Source: Candidatus Thorarchaeota archaeon (GTDB lineage Archaea > Asgardarchaeota > Thorarchaeia > Thorarchaeales > Thorarchaeaceae). From it: a DNA stretch of 25,625 nucleotides. The position numbers and the translations under genes are program-made. The notes under the pieces were generated by a model, which was not told the origin of the DNA, ran no database searches, and worked only from the letters and a program-made list of their open reading frames with translations. The stretch lies in NCBI GenBank assembly GCA_003345545.1, contig PRDH01000007.1, forward strand, positions 1 through 25,625, in the 5' to 3' direction. Below are positions 7,682 to 15,537 of the stretch, piece after piece. Every line of letters begins with the position of its first letter. Position 1 is the stretch's first letter.

Positions 7682-10518
7682 GCGTGTCAACTTCATTGAG
7701 TAAGGAGATTGTTTCTTTTCTCAAATCAAGGGGAATAGTCAAGCCCACACCTATCCAGGAGAAAGCAATACCTCTCTTGCTAAATGGAGAAGAGAACGCG
7801 CTTCTTCTGGCACCCACGGGAGGTGGAAAGACCGAAGCAGCACTCGTTCCGCTTCTGCATAAACTTCAGCAGATGGCCAAGGACAGAGACTTGTTCGGGG
7901 TCTACATTATCTATGTCACACCCCTGAGGGCATTGAATCGCGATGTGTTCAAGAGAATCGAGGAACTGTGTGGACATCTGGGCCTGACTGTAGACGTTCG
8001 ACATGGAGATACAACTCAGTATGCCAGAAGAAAGCAGGCTATCAGACCGCCAAATCTACTGATTACTACGCCAGAGTCCCTACAGGCGATTCTTCCTGGA
8101 AAACGATTGCAGTACCACCTGAGGACAGTATTTGCTGTGATAGTCGATGAAGTCCATGACTTGGCTGGCAGCAAGAGAGGGGTCCAACTCAGTCTTGGTC
8201 TTGAACGACTGCAGCGACTGGTGGGTACAAAGGTTCAAAGAATAGGACTCTCTGCCACAGTCGGAAATCCGGATGAAGTTGCAAGGCTCCTCAGTGGAAG
8301 ACAACCCATCAAGACAGTATGGGCGGGCTACGACAACCAGAAGATGGATCTGAGGGTGGAGATGCCCACTCCAACAGATCAGGATAAGCTGTTGGGCAAA
8401 AGAATATCATACCCAGCACACTCAGTTGCAAGGCTCGAGGCTATCATTCAACTGATAGAAACACATAGATCTGTACTAGTTTTTACGAACACACGTTCCT
8501 TTGCTGAGGTTCTTGGCGCCAAAATGCACGCCCTGAAACCGTCTTTCGATTTTGATGTGCATCACGGATCATTGTCTAAAGACGCTCGACTTACTGCGGA
8601 AGATCGTATGAAGAGCGGAGGTTCGAAGGCGATTATAGCGACATCTAGCCTAGAGCTGGGTATTGACATTGGACAGGCAGATCTTGTGATCCAGTATTCA
8701 TCACCCAGAGAGGTTTCAAGGCTGGTGCAGCGTGTTGGAAGATCGGGTCATGGAGTCGGGCGTATATCAAAAGGAGTGGTCATGTCAACCATCAATCTAG
8801 ATGATATAACTGAGTCTGGTGTAATAGTCAGAAGGGCACGACAGAACAGAGTCGAAGACGCAAGAGTCCCGATGAAAGCATGGGATGTTCTGGGCCATCA
8901 GATTTCGGGAGTCTTGCTAGATGTCGATGACATTGAGAAAGCAGCCCTTCTGAAGCTGGTGAGGGGTGCTTATCCTTTCTCTGAGGTGTCTGACTCTGAA
9001 CTGGACACACTCCTCCAGTTCATGGCAAAAAGAAGACTTCTGGACATGGATGGCTCACATGTTTCAAAAGGTTCGAGAACGCGTGTCTTCTATTATGAGA
9101 GGCTGAGCACTATTCCAGATATTAGACAGGTCAATGCCGTAGATATCATGACTAGAACATCTATTGGAGTACTTGATGAGGACTATGTTTCTGCGAATGT
9201 TGAACCGGGCTCAGTATTTGTGATTCGAGGAAGACCATGGTCCGTTGTGACTGTGGATGAAACCAGCGGAGAGGTGATGTGTTCACCTGTCACCAGCATG
9301 GATATTGAGGCACCTCGTTGGATAGGAGAGATGATACCCGTACCATATGAGGTGGCCTCTGAAGTTGCAAAGGTATGGAGTTCAGCTATTACAAAAGGGA
9401 CCAGAGATCTCAGGAAATGGCTTGATCATGAGTATGCAATATCTGGGACGGCACAGGACCATGTCATTGAAACTGTTGGATTGACTAAGAGAGTTCTGGG
9501 AGAACTTCCTACCGTGGACAGGTTCATCCTGGAAATGTGCGGAACAAGCATGATTCTTCATGCGCCCCTAGGGACGAGAGCCAATGAAACGTTGGGCATT
9601 ATAATCGCCTCGCTTCTGACAACACGACTTGGTATTGGTGTATCTGTGGAGAGAGATCCTTACCGTATCTTGTTCGCATCAAGCGAAGAACTCAACGCAG
9701 ACCACGTGCTTGATGTGTTGCGGGACTACTCCTCCGTTCAAGCTTTACGTATTCTAGAGTTGGCCGTGAAACATACTCAGAACTTCGCCTCAAGATTCAT
9801 TCATGTGGCTAGAAGAATGGACGTCATTCGAAGAGACGCCAGAACTAAGGAGATTCCAGTGAAGTATCTCATCAAGTCCTACGAGGGAACACCCTTGTTT
9901 GACGAGGCAATGCGAGAGGTCATCGAGGAAAAAATGGACGTGAAACGTGCACTGGAGGTCTTTACCAGATTCTCTAGTGGAGACCTCACAATCCATGTGG
10001 TCAAGACTGCAGCACCATCACCTCTTGCTAGACTCATAGTCGAGGAGAAAACACGCTTTGAGGTGATGGGAGAAATAACGGACGAGAACGAGGTACTACG
10101 AATGATGGAGGAACGCCTTCTTTCGAAGCAGTTCAGACTAGTGTGCATGGCTCAGAACCACTGGGACTCTGTGAGGACAATCTCAACATTTGAAGACAGA
10201 ATCGAATGTCCCATCTGCGGCTCGACGATGATTGCAGTACTACCGATTTCAGAGAAGGACTTCACAAAGCTTATGGTCAAGCGTCTCAAGGGAAACCCTC
10301 TTTCAAAGGATGAGCAGAAGAGATACAATGCAGCCGCGCTTACAGCGGAGCTCGTATCAAGTTATGGAAAGACTGCACTTCTGGTCTTGGCCGGACGTGG
10401 TATTGGAGCAGTCACTGCGGCACGAATTCTTCAGCCCGGACTCAAAGAAAGACTTGAAATCCTTAGAGCAATTGCCAAGGGGGAACTTCAGTATGAGAGA
10501 ACGCGACCCTACTGGTGA
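7678..10518 (+). CDS. lhr: Lhr-family SF2 DEAD/H helicase with C-terminal Cys-rich motif
   Basis: Motif I APTGGGKT, Ia YVTPLRALNRD, TTPESLQ, II DEVH, III LSAT, HHGSLS, ATSSLELGIDIG, VI QRVGRSGH, Lhr-type STIPD and PRWIGE, and a C-terminal CMAQNH..CPICG. Start placed at the ATGA-coupled ATG 7678. Confidence 0.93.
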   Translation: MSVSTSLSKEIVSFLKSRGIVKPTPIQEKAIPLLLNGEENALLLAPTGGGKTEAALVPLLHKLQQMAKDRDLFGVYIIYVTPLRALNRDVFKRIEELCGHLGLTVDVRHGDTTQYARRKQAIRPPNLLITTPESLQAILPGKRLQYHLRTVFAVIVDEVHDLAGSKRGVQLSLGLERLQRLVGTKVQRIGLSATVGNPDEVARLLSGRQPIKTVWAGYDNQKMDLRVEMPTPTDQDKLLGKRISYPAHSVARLEAIIQLIETHRSVLVFTNTRSFAEVLGAKMHALKPSFDFDVHHGSLSKDARLTAEDRMKSGGSKAIIATSSLELGIDIGQADLVIQYSSPREVSRLVQRVGRSGHGVGRISKGVVMSTINLDDITESGVIVRRARQNRVEDARVPMKAWDVLGHQISGVLLDVDDIEKAALLKLVRGAYPFSEVSDSELDTLLQFMAKRRLLDMDGSHVSKGSRTRVFYYERLSTIPDIRQVNAVDIMTRTSIGVLDEDYVSANVEPGSVFVIRGRPWSVVTVDETSGEVMCSPVTSMDIEAPRWIGEMIPVPYEVASEVAKVWSSAITKGTRDLRKWLDHEYAISGTAQDHVIETVGLTKRVLGELPTVDRFILEMCGTSMILHAPLGTRANETLGIIIASLLTTRLGIGVSVERDPYRILFASSEELNADHVLDVLRDYSSVQALRILELAVKHTQNFASRFIHVARRMDVIRRDARTKEIPVKYLIKSYEGTPLFDEAMREVIEEKMDVKRALEVFTRFSSGDLTIHVVKTAAPSPLARLIVEEKTRFEVMGEITDENEVLRMMEERLLSKQFRLVCMAQNHWDSVRTISTFEDRIECPICGSTMIAVLPISEKDFTKLMVKRLKGNPLSKDEQKRYNAAALTAELVSSYGKTALLVLAGRGIGAVTAARILQPGLKERLEILRAIAKGELQYERTRPYW

Positions 10519-11119
10519 AAAAGAGGCGCCACTAATCGTCTTTACGGGCAGAAGCAATGTGGGAAAAAGCAGTGTAATCCGCGCACTCACTGGGAAAAAA
10601 GTACTAGTCGGAAAGCGCCCTGGAAGTACACGATGGGAACAAATGATTGAGATGGGATCCATCACAATCGTGGACGTACCGGGTTTTGGTTTTATGGATG
10701 GCCAAAGCAAAACCACCATCGAAGAATCAAAAACACACATCATTCACTCCCTTGAGAGATGGAGCAACAGAATCCTCCTATCTGTCCTCATTACTGACAT
10801 CTCTCAATTCAGAAACCTTTATGAACGGTGGACTGCCCGCGGCGAAATACCTATAGATGTTGAGTTCTACTCATTCCTGTGCGAGATATCGCCACGAGTA
10901 GTTGTCATAGCCAACAAGGCCGACAAGTTGATGAAAAGCCGTGTTCAGGGCGAACTGGACTTTCTCGTTGAAGAATTCAGGGAAGCAGTTACTGAGAGAG
11001 AACCGACTGTCATTGTGACAGTAGCCTCGAAGAAAACCGGTGTTTCACTGCTCCGAGACCTTATTGACGATATACTCGAAGAGGAGGGCCTTGAAACCCC
11101 CAGATGGGCGCTCATCTGA
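10493..11119 (+). CDS. engB: GTP-binding protein EngB/YihA (archaeal type)
   Basis: G1 GRSNVGKSS, G2 GKRPGST, G3 DVPGFG, G4 NKAD, and archaeal RWTARGEIPIDVEFY. ATG 10493 is more plausible than the track start 10232, which lies deep inside lhr. Confidence 0.9.
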   Translation: MRERDPTGEKEAPLIVFTGRSNVGKSSVIRALTGKKVLVGKRPGSTRWEQMIEMGSITIVDVPGFGFMDGQSKTTIEESKTHIIHSLERWSNRILLSVLITDISQFRNLYERWTARGEIPIDVEFYSFLCEISPRVVVIANKADKLMKSRVQGELDFLVEEFREAVTEREPTVIVTVASKKTGVSLLRDLIDDILEEEGLETPRWALI

Positions 11120-12200
11120 GCTTCTTCAGCAGATAGAAAACCACACCAACAATCATGACTGCCGAGGATATTATGAGCATTGGAACTATGGCACTAGGTA
11201 TTTCTGCGAAGTCCTTTGACAGCCAACCCATGATATTCATGAAGAGTCTAGCATTATCACCAACGTAGAACCAGTGTAATTCAGTACCTTCAAGATCTAG
11301 TGGTCTTCCGGTGAACATGATTGTGGACCCGCAGATGACAACTCTGCTCGACCCAAATTCAAATGCCGAGAGCCATGCTGGAAATGTGCCGTTGAGCGCC
11401 GAGTAAGACAATGGCCTTAGTTCGTATTCATCCGTGGTCATATTCGGATGAGAGTAGTTTGCCCAACCGTTCACGCTTACTTGGTACTGCGCAAAGGAGC
11501 TCTCATGGCCATGGCCAATACCACTGGCAAGTCCGATTGGCTTTAGCGTAGCAGTAATGGTATACAGCTCGTTGATGTACCTGAAGATTGGATGAGCGGA
11601 GACCCAAGTCGTGGAATCCATTCGTATGACCCAAGGTACGGTTTCATTGAGAATGTGGTCATAATCAAACATGGTATCAGACCACTCATGAGTGGTTGTA
11701 TGATTGTTACTGAATCTCAGCCCAGTCATATTGATACCGTCAAGCAGTCTGTTGATAGCAATATTCTCACCAATATCCTGTATTGTCGTTTCAGTCCAGT
11801 AAGTCGATTGTTGACCGAGTGCAGGGTCTCCCAGCAGAAACAATGAACTGCCGTTTGCCAGCATCTCGCCGATCCCATTGAACTCAGCTGCAGAGAAGGC
11901 TGAGCTCTGGTCTGGAGCAGCAATTATGAGAACATCAACATCATTGAGGACTTCATCAGTGAGAGGAGCCGAATTAACACGGACAATGTATCTTGTTGTA
12001 TCATTGACAAGGTCAAGAATCAGCTTTAGCCCCAAATCAGCGTTATCAGCAGCGAACTGAGGAGAATGCGCGGCGTCGAACATGACAACAATGGGACCGA
12101 GGTCGGCTTGGGCCTGAACAGTGGCCTGAACACCTGATAGCAGTATCATCACTGTCAGGATCGTCGCAAGTACTCTGCGGACTTTACTGAGCTGCTTCAT
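11112..12200 (-). CDS. Secreted, C-terminally membrane-anchored GIFT (GldG/IFT52)/DUF4350-like glycoprotein
   Basis: Signal peptide from ATG 12200 (MKQLSKVRRVLATILTVMILLSGVQATVQA), then VMFDAAH, LTDEVLNDVDVLIIAAP, FSAAEF, SRVVICGSTIMF and DNARLFMNIMGWL, typical of GIFT/class I GATase-like folds. C-terminal TM helix followed by KKLR; eight N-x-S/T sequons. Confidence 0.75.
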   Translation of the reverse strand: MKQLSKVRRVLATILTVMILLSGVQATVQAQADLGPIVVMFDAAHSPQFAADNADLGLKLILDLVNDTTRYIVRVNSAPLTDEVLNDVDVLIIAAPDQSSAFSAAEFNGIGEMLANGSSLFLLGDPALGQQSTYWTETTIQDIGENIAINRLLDGINMTGLRFSNNHTTTHEWSDTMFDYDHILNETVPWVIRMDSTTWVSAHPIFRYINELYTITATLKPIGLASGIGHGHESSFAQYQVSVNGWANYSHPNMTTDEYELRPLSYSALNGTFPAWLSAFEFGSSRVVICGSTIMFTGRPLDLEGTELHWFYVGDNARLFMNIMGWLSKDFAEIPSAIVPMLIISSAVMIVGVVFYLLKKLR

Positions 12201-12291
12201 CTGTTGTATCCGACCTCTCTGGGCAGTCAAAGTGCCAGACTTGGAGCCGTGTTTTAAAGTTATCTTCAGTACGAATGTTGAATCATCGCGC

Positions 12292-12687
12292 TCAGTCAGT
12301 CCTTCGCCATTCAACATACATTCTTCGTCGCTCTGCGTCCGTGGACTCAACAAGGTCGTATAGGTTCCGTATCTCTGCAATCTGTTGCGCCAAGAGATGG
12401 TAACACATATTGATCTCTCGTGATATCACTACATCTTGGTAGAAGCTACGGCAGGTGCAATAGATTCTGGGAATTACCATGTACTGACGAGCACGGCCTC
12501 TTACGATCCAGATTGCCGTTTCACTGGGACGGAATTGGTACTTGCTCACCTTCTTCTCCTCGACAACCCGGAGCGCTCTGACGAATCTCTTTCCATACCT
12601 ATTCCGAAAATACTCGATATCATTTTGGGTGAGGCTCTCCCCTGAGAGCTTTTTCACTTCTGTTAGTGACAGCGCCATATTGTTCAT
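12292..12687 (-). CDS. Stand-alone SWIM zinc-finger protein (SWS1/ZSWIM7-like)
   Basis: SWIM signature YCTCRSF-x12-CYH-LLA, preceded by RALRVV..VSKY..IWIVRG..Y. The start may be ATG 12678. Confidence 0.85.
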   Translation of the reverse strand: MNNMALSLTEVKKLSGESLTQNDIEYFRNRYGKRFVRALRVVEEKKVSKYQFRPSETAIWIVRGRARQYMVIPRIYCTCRSFYQDVVISREINMCYHLLAQQIAEIRNLYDLVESTDAERRRMYVEWRRTD

Positions 12688-12723
12688 TCTGTATCTAGTA
12701 TAACGAGGTTAAAATGTTGTATC

Positions 12724-13593
12724 ATGAAACAGAAACCAGCGATGGAGATATTATTCGAAGACAGAAGTATGATAGTTCGTGGGGATAGTGTATCAGCCGT
12801 ATTGATTTCAGACCTACACCTTGGATTTGAAGAGGTGGTTTCGAACGAAAAGGGCGTTCACTTCCCGCTACAACACACCGACATACTTGAGAGAATAGAA
12901 ACACTAGTCCAGAAATATGATGTGCGGGCACTGTATGTCATTGGGGATGTCAAGCACACTATTGCAACAGATGTTCCATATAACTGGGACATCTTACCTG
13001 ATTTTATGTCTGTTCTATCAGGTCTTGTGAAGACTGTTGTTGTACCCGGAAATCATGATGGTGACCTTGAAGCAATGCTCCCACGGAACGTGGATTTAGT
13101 AGATGTTCATGGAATCATAATAGGTAAGGGGGATGAGAAGATAGGTCTGATACATGGGCATGCTTGGCCAGCACCTGAGCTACTTGATGCTTCATTGTTG
13201 GTTGCAGGACATAGTCATCCCTCAGTCAGTAGGTATCATACTGCATCTAGCCCTGAAACGGGACGGGACGACAGAAGGAGATATGCTGGATCTGTACCTG
13301 TTGTTCTCCATTCGAAGTTGAGCAAGAACTGTGTCAGGCGAAACCTGGGTATGCTTGAGATTGCAGATGATGAATATACCACACTTGTTACATTGCCAAG
13401 TTTTAACAAGATCATGACTGGCATTGCTGTCAACTCACCGAGCTCAAGACTGCAGGGTCCACTTTTCGATAACACCTGTTGTGAGTTCCTCGAATCAGAA
13501 GTATTCAGCACAGATGGACTGTTTCTCGGTACTGTTGGATGGCTAAGAAACCGTTTCAACGAAACGATTAAATCCAGGCCAAGAGGGGACTGA
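12724..13593 (+). CDS. Calcineurin-like metallophosphoesterase (ICC-like, COG1407 type)
   Basis: All five motifs present: SDLHLG, GDVKH, PGNHDG, HGH, GHSHP, plus LPSFN. Confidence 0.9.
   Translation: MKQKPAMEILFEDRSMIVRGDSVSAVLISDLHLGFEEVVSNEKGVHFPLQHTDILERIETLVQKYDVRALYVIGDVKHTIATDVPYNWDILPDFMSVLSGLVKTVVVPGNHDGDLEAMLPRNVDLVDVHGIIIGKGDEKIGLIHGHAWPAPELLDASLLVAGHSHPSVSRYHTASSPETGRDDRRRYAGSVPVVLHSKLSKNCVRRNLGMLEIADDEYTTLVTLPSFNKIMTGIAVNSPSSRLQGPLFDNTCCEFLESEVFSTDGLFLGTVGWLRNRFNETIKSRPRGD
13561..13574 (+). promoter_or_regulatory. Candidate BRE/TATA promoter for tRNA-Pro
   Basis: GAAACG followed by ATTAAAT about 30 nt upstream of the mature tRNA 5' end, inside the last codons of the phosphoesterase gene. 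Confidence 0.55.
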
Positions 13594-13603
13594 TTTGACC
13601 AAT

Positions 13604-13710
13604 GGGTCGGTGGTCTAGCTTGGTATCACACCATCACTCATGATGTGTGCCACAGTGATTCTTGGTTCGGGACCAAGGGATCGGGCGTTCGAATCGCCTC
13701 CGGCCCACCA
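13604..13710 (+). tRNA. tRNA-Pro(CGG) with 30-nt intron at position 21/22 (13626-13655); CCA encoded
   Basis: Acceptor GGGTCGG/CCGGCCC, discriminator A and CCA; anticodon arm CTTGG-TTCGGGA-CCAAG; T arm GGGCG-TTCGAAT-CGCCT. The D arm GTCTAGCTTGGTA^TGAT is restored by removing 30 nt. Confidence 0.95.
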
Positions 13711-13714
13711 TACA

Positions 13715-14386
13715 TCATTCTAACAATTGTTGTATCTTTTTCTCAGAACTTCTATTTCGAACAGCTCGCAGAGTGGGATACAGTGTAATTAGTAGGACAA
13801 TCAAGCCTCCAAAAGGATAGATAATGTTTCCAGTGAGGTATAGATAGATCACTAATATAATGAGAGAAAATTGCAGAGAAACTAGTAAGAGAGATGACAC
13901 TCTTAGTTTCTTTCTTGGAATAGTACATCTTGTATCAATGATGGTGAGTATGCCTACAAGAACGGTCATCCCTAGAAGAAGCAGCAATCCTAGACTAAGA
14001 CCGGAACGAAAATGCTGCTCATGAACGAATATTGATTCATGACTATCCCATAGGGGAAGCTGTAGTAGAGGAATTCCTTCTGGCCAGCCAAAACATACTG
14101 TGTAACTGAAGAGCTCTGCACTATAATCACGATACTGCTGAATACAAAATGGGAATGCAGCTGGCGAAAAGACTCGTAGAACTTCGTTCGCGCCAAGTGA
14201 GATTTCTGTAATAGGTGGCAGACTTGCCAGCACTGCAATTATGTAAGAAGTAATCAATCCTGCAGAGAGGAGGATGACTACTTTTTCCGTTCCAGTTTCA
14301 TCCACCAATAACCACGCAATAATAACAACTGCAATCACTATGAGCAAACGAATCCAAGCTTCCACGATTCTTTGGTTGAGTATCAT
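13715..14386 (-). CDS. Hypothetical multi-pass membrane protein (about 5 TM segments)
   Basis: 223-aa ORF filling the gap, with several long hydrophobic stretches and no recognised motif. Confidence 0.7.
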   Translation of the reverse strand: MILNQRIVEAWIRLLIVIAVVIIAWLLVDETGTEKVVILLSAGLITSYIIAVLASLPPITEISLGANEVLRVFSPAAFPFCIQQYRDYSAELFSYTVCFGWPEGIPLLQLPLWDSHESIFVHEQHFRSGLSLGLLLLLGMTVLVGILTIIDTRCTIPRKKLRVSSLLLVSLQFSLIILVIYLYLTGNIIYPFGGLIVLLITLYPTLRAVRNRSSEKKIQQLLE

Positions 14387-14585
14387 GCTGTCTGGACATA
14401 TCTGTTTCGATTAGTCGTAGATATTCCTTTTATGAGGCCTAGCCATTTCTTCACCAGACACTAAGGATTGGGAACTTCAGTAATAATTCCTTGCAATGGA
14501 AAAAAAACAATAATGCCGAAGGAAGACTTCAAAAGTAACGAATAACTACGGCGCGTTCAAAGACCGAGATTGTGAGTGAGAGAGA

Positions 14586-15527
14586 ATGGGAATCGGTTCA
14601 GGCAAGGGAAAAGCAATCCTCTTTGGAGAGCATTTTGTGGTCTATGGATTCCCGGCACTGGCTGCGGGTATCTCATCAGAAACTGTAGCAAAGGTGATGA
14701 GAAGACGTTCCAGTGGATGGGTGCTCCTAGATAATCGACCAGCGATGCCAGGGTATAAGGAACAAAAGAGTGACGAACAGAATGTGTCTATTGAGAACAT
14801 CCTGAGATACTGTAACATCGATGTATCAAGAACGGGGTTCAAAGTCGAACTGGGGGGAAACCTAGTCTGTGCATCGGGGATAGGAGCCAGTGCAGCCAGC
14901 AGCGTGGCAATCGCAAGGGCTCTGAATGATGAATACTCGCTCGGCTTGAATGACAAGCAGATTAACGAGGCAGCCTATGAGGGAGAGAGAGGATACCATG
15001 GTACGCCCTCAGGAATAGATAATACTGCATCGACCTATGGAGGACTTGTATGGTTTACCAGAGATCTCAAAGGCGGGCCCCCGAAGTTTGAAGCACTCAA
15101 ATTGAAAAGACCTGTGCACATGGTCATTGCATCAACCGGTCTGACTGCGAGCACTAAGGAAGTCGTTGGGGATGTCAAAAGGAAGAAAGACGAGGACCCC
15201 GACTGGTTCAAGGAGCTATCAAGCGAGTACGATGAGTTGGTTCATGAGGGGAGAGATGCCCTCATTCAACTTGATTTGGCGAAGGTCGGTAATCTCATGA
15301 ATCGAAACCATGAGTTGTTGCAGGAGATGACAGTTTCCTGCAGGGAACTTGATAGCTTGGTTGAGATTGCAAGAAAGAGCGGGGCAAGTGGAGCCAAGAT
15401 GACTGGAACTGGTAGAGGAGGTAATATGATTGCTCTTGCCTCTGACGAAAAGACAATGAAGAAGATTGCAGCAGCCCTTGAAAGAGCCAAGGCTGCAGGT
15501 GTTTGGACAACAACTTTTGGACTCTGA
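14586..15527 (+). CDS. mvk: Mevalonate kinase
   Basis: GHMP motifs GKAILFGEHFVVYG, SGIGASAA, HGTPSGIDN and GAKMTGTGRGG. Confidence 0.95.
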   Translation: MGIGSGKGKAILFGEHFVVYGFPALAAGISSETVAKVMRRRSSGWVLLDNRPAMPGYKEQKSDEQNVSIENILRYCNIDVSRTGFKVELGGNLVCASGIGASAASSVAIARALNDEYSLGLNDKQINEAAYEGERGYHGTPSGIDNTASTYGGLVWFTRDLKGGPPKFEALKLKRPVHMVIASTGLTASTKEVVGDVKRKKDEDPDWFKELSSEYDELVHEGRDALIQLDLAKVGNLMNRNHELLQEMTVSCRELDSLVEIARKSGASGAKMTGTGRGGNMIALASDEKTMKKIAAALERAKAAGVWTTTFGL

Positions 15528-15537
15528 GGTGAAGTCA

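Noticed and set aside
10232-10492. Long N-terminal extension on EngB
   Set aside because: It is an off-frame overlap with the lhr 3' end; the G1 motif starts shortly after ATG 10493.
13631-13650. CT-CAT-GA segment suggesting tRNA-Met
   Set aside because: It lies in the intron hairpin. The properly positioned anticodon arm carries CGG and the tRNA body is Pro-like.
13690-14585. Integrated element or att site at tRNA-Pro
   Set aside because: No repeat of the tRNA 3' end and no integrase or transposase was seen in the window.
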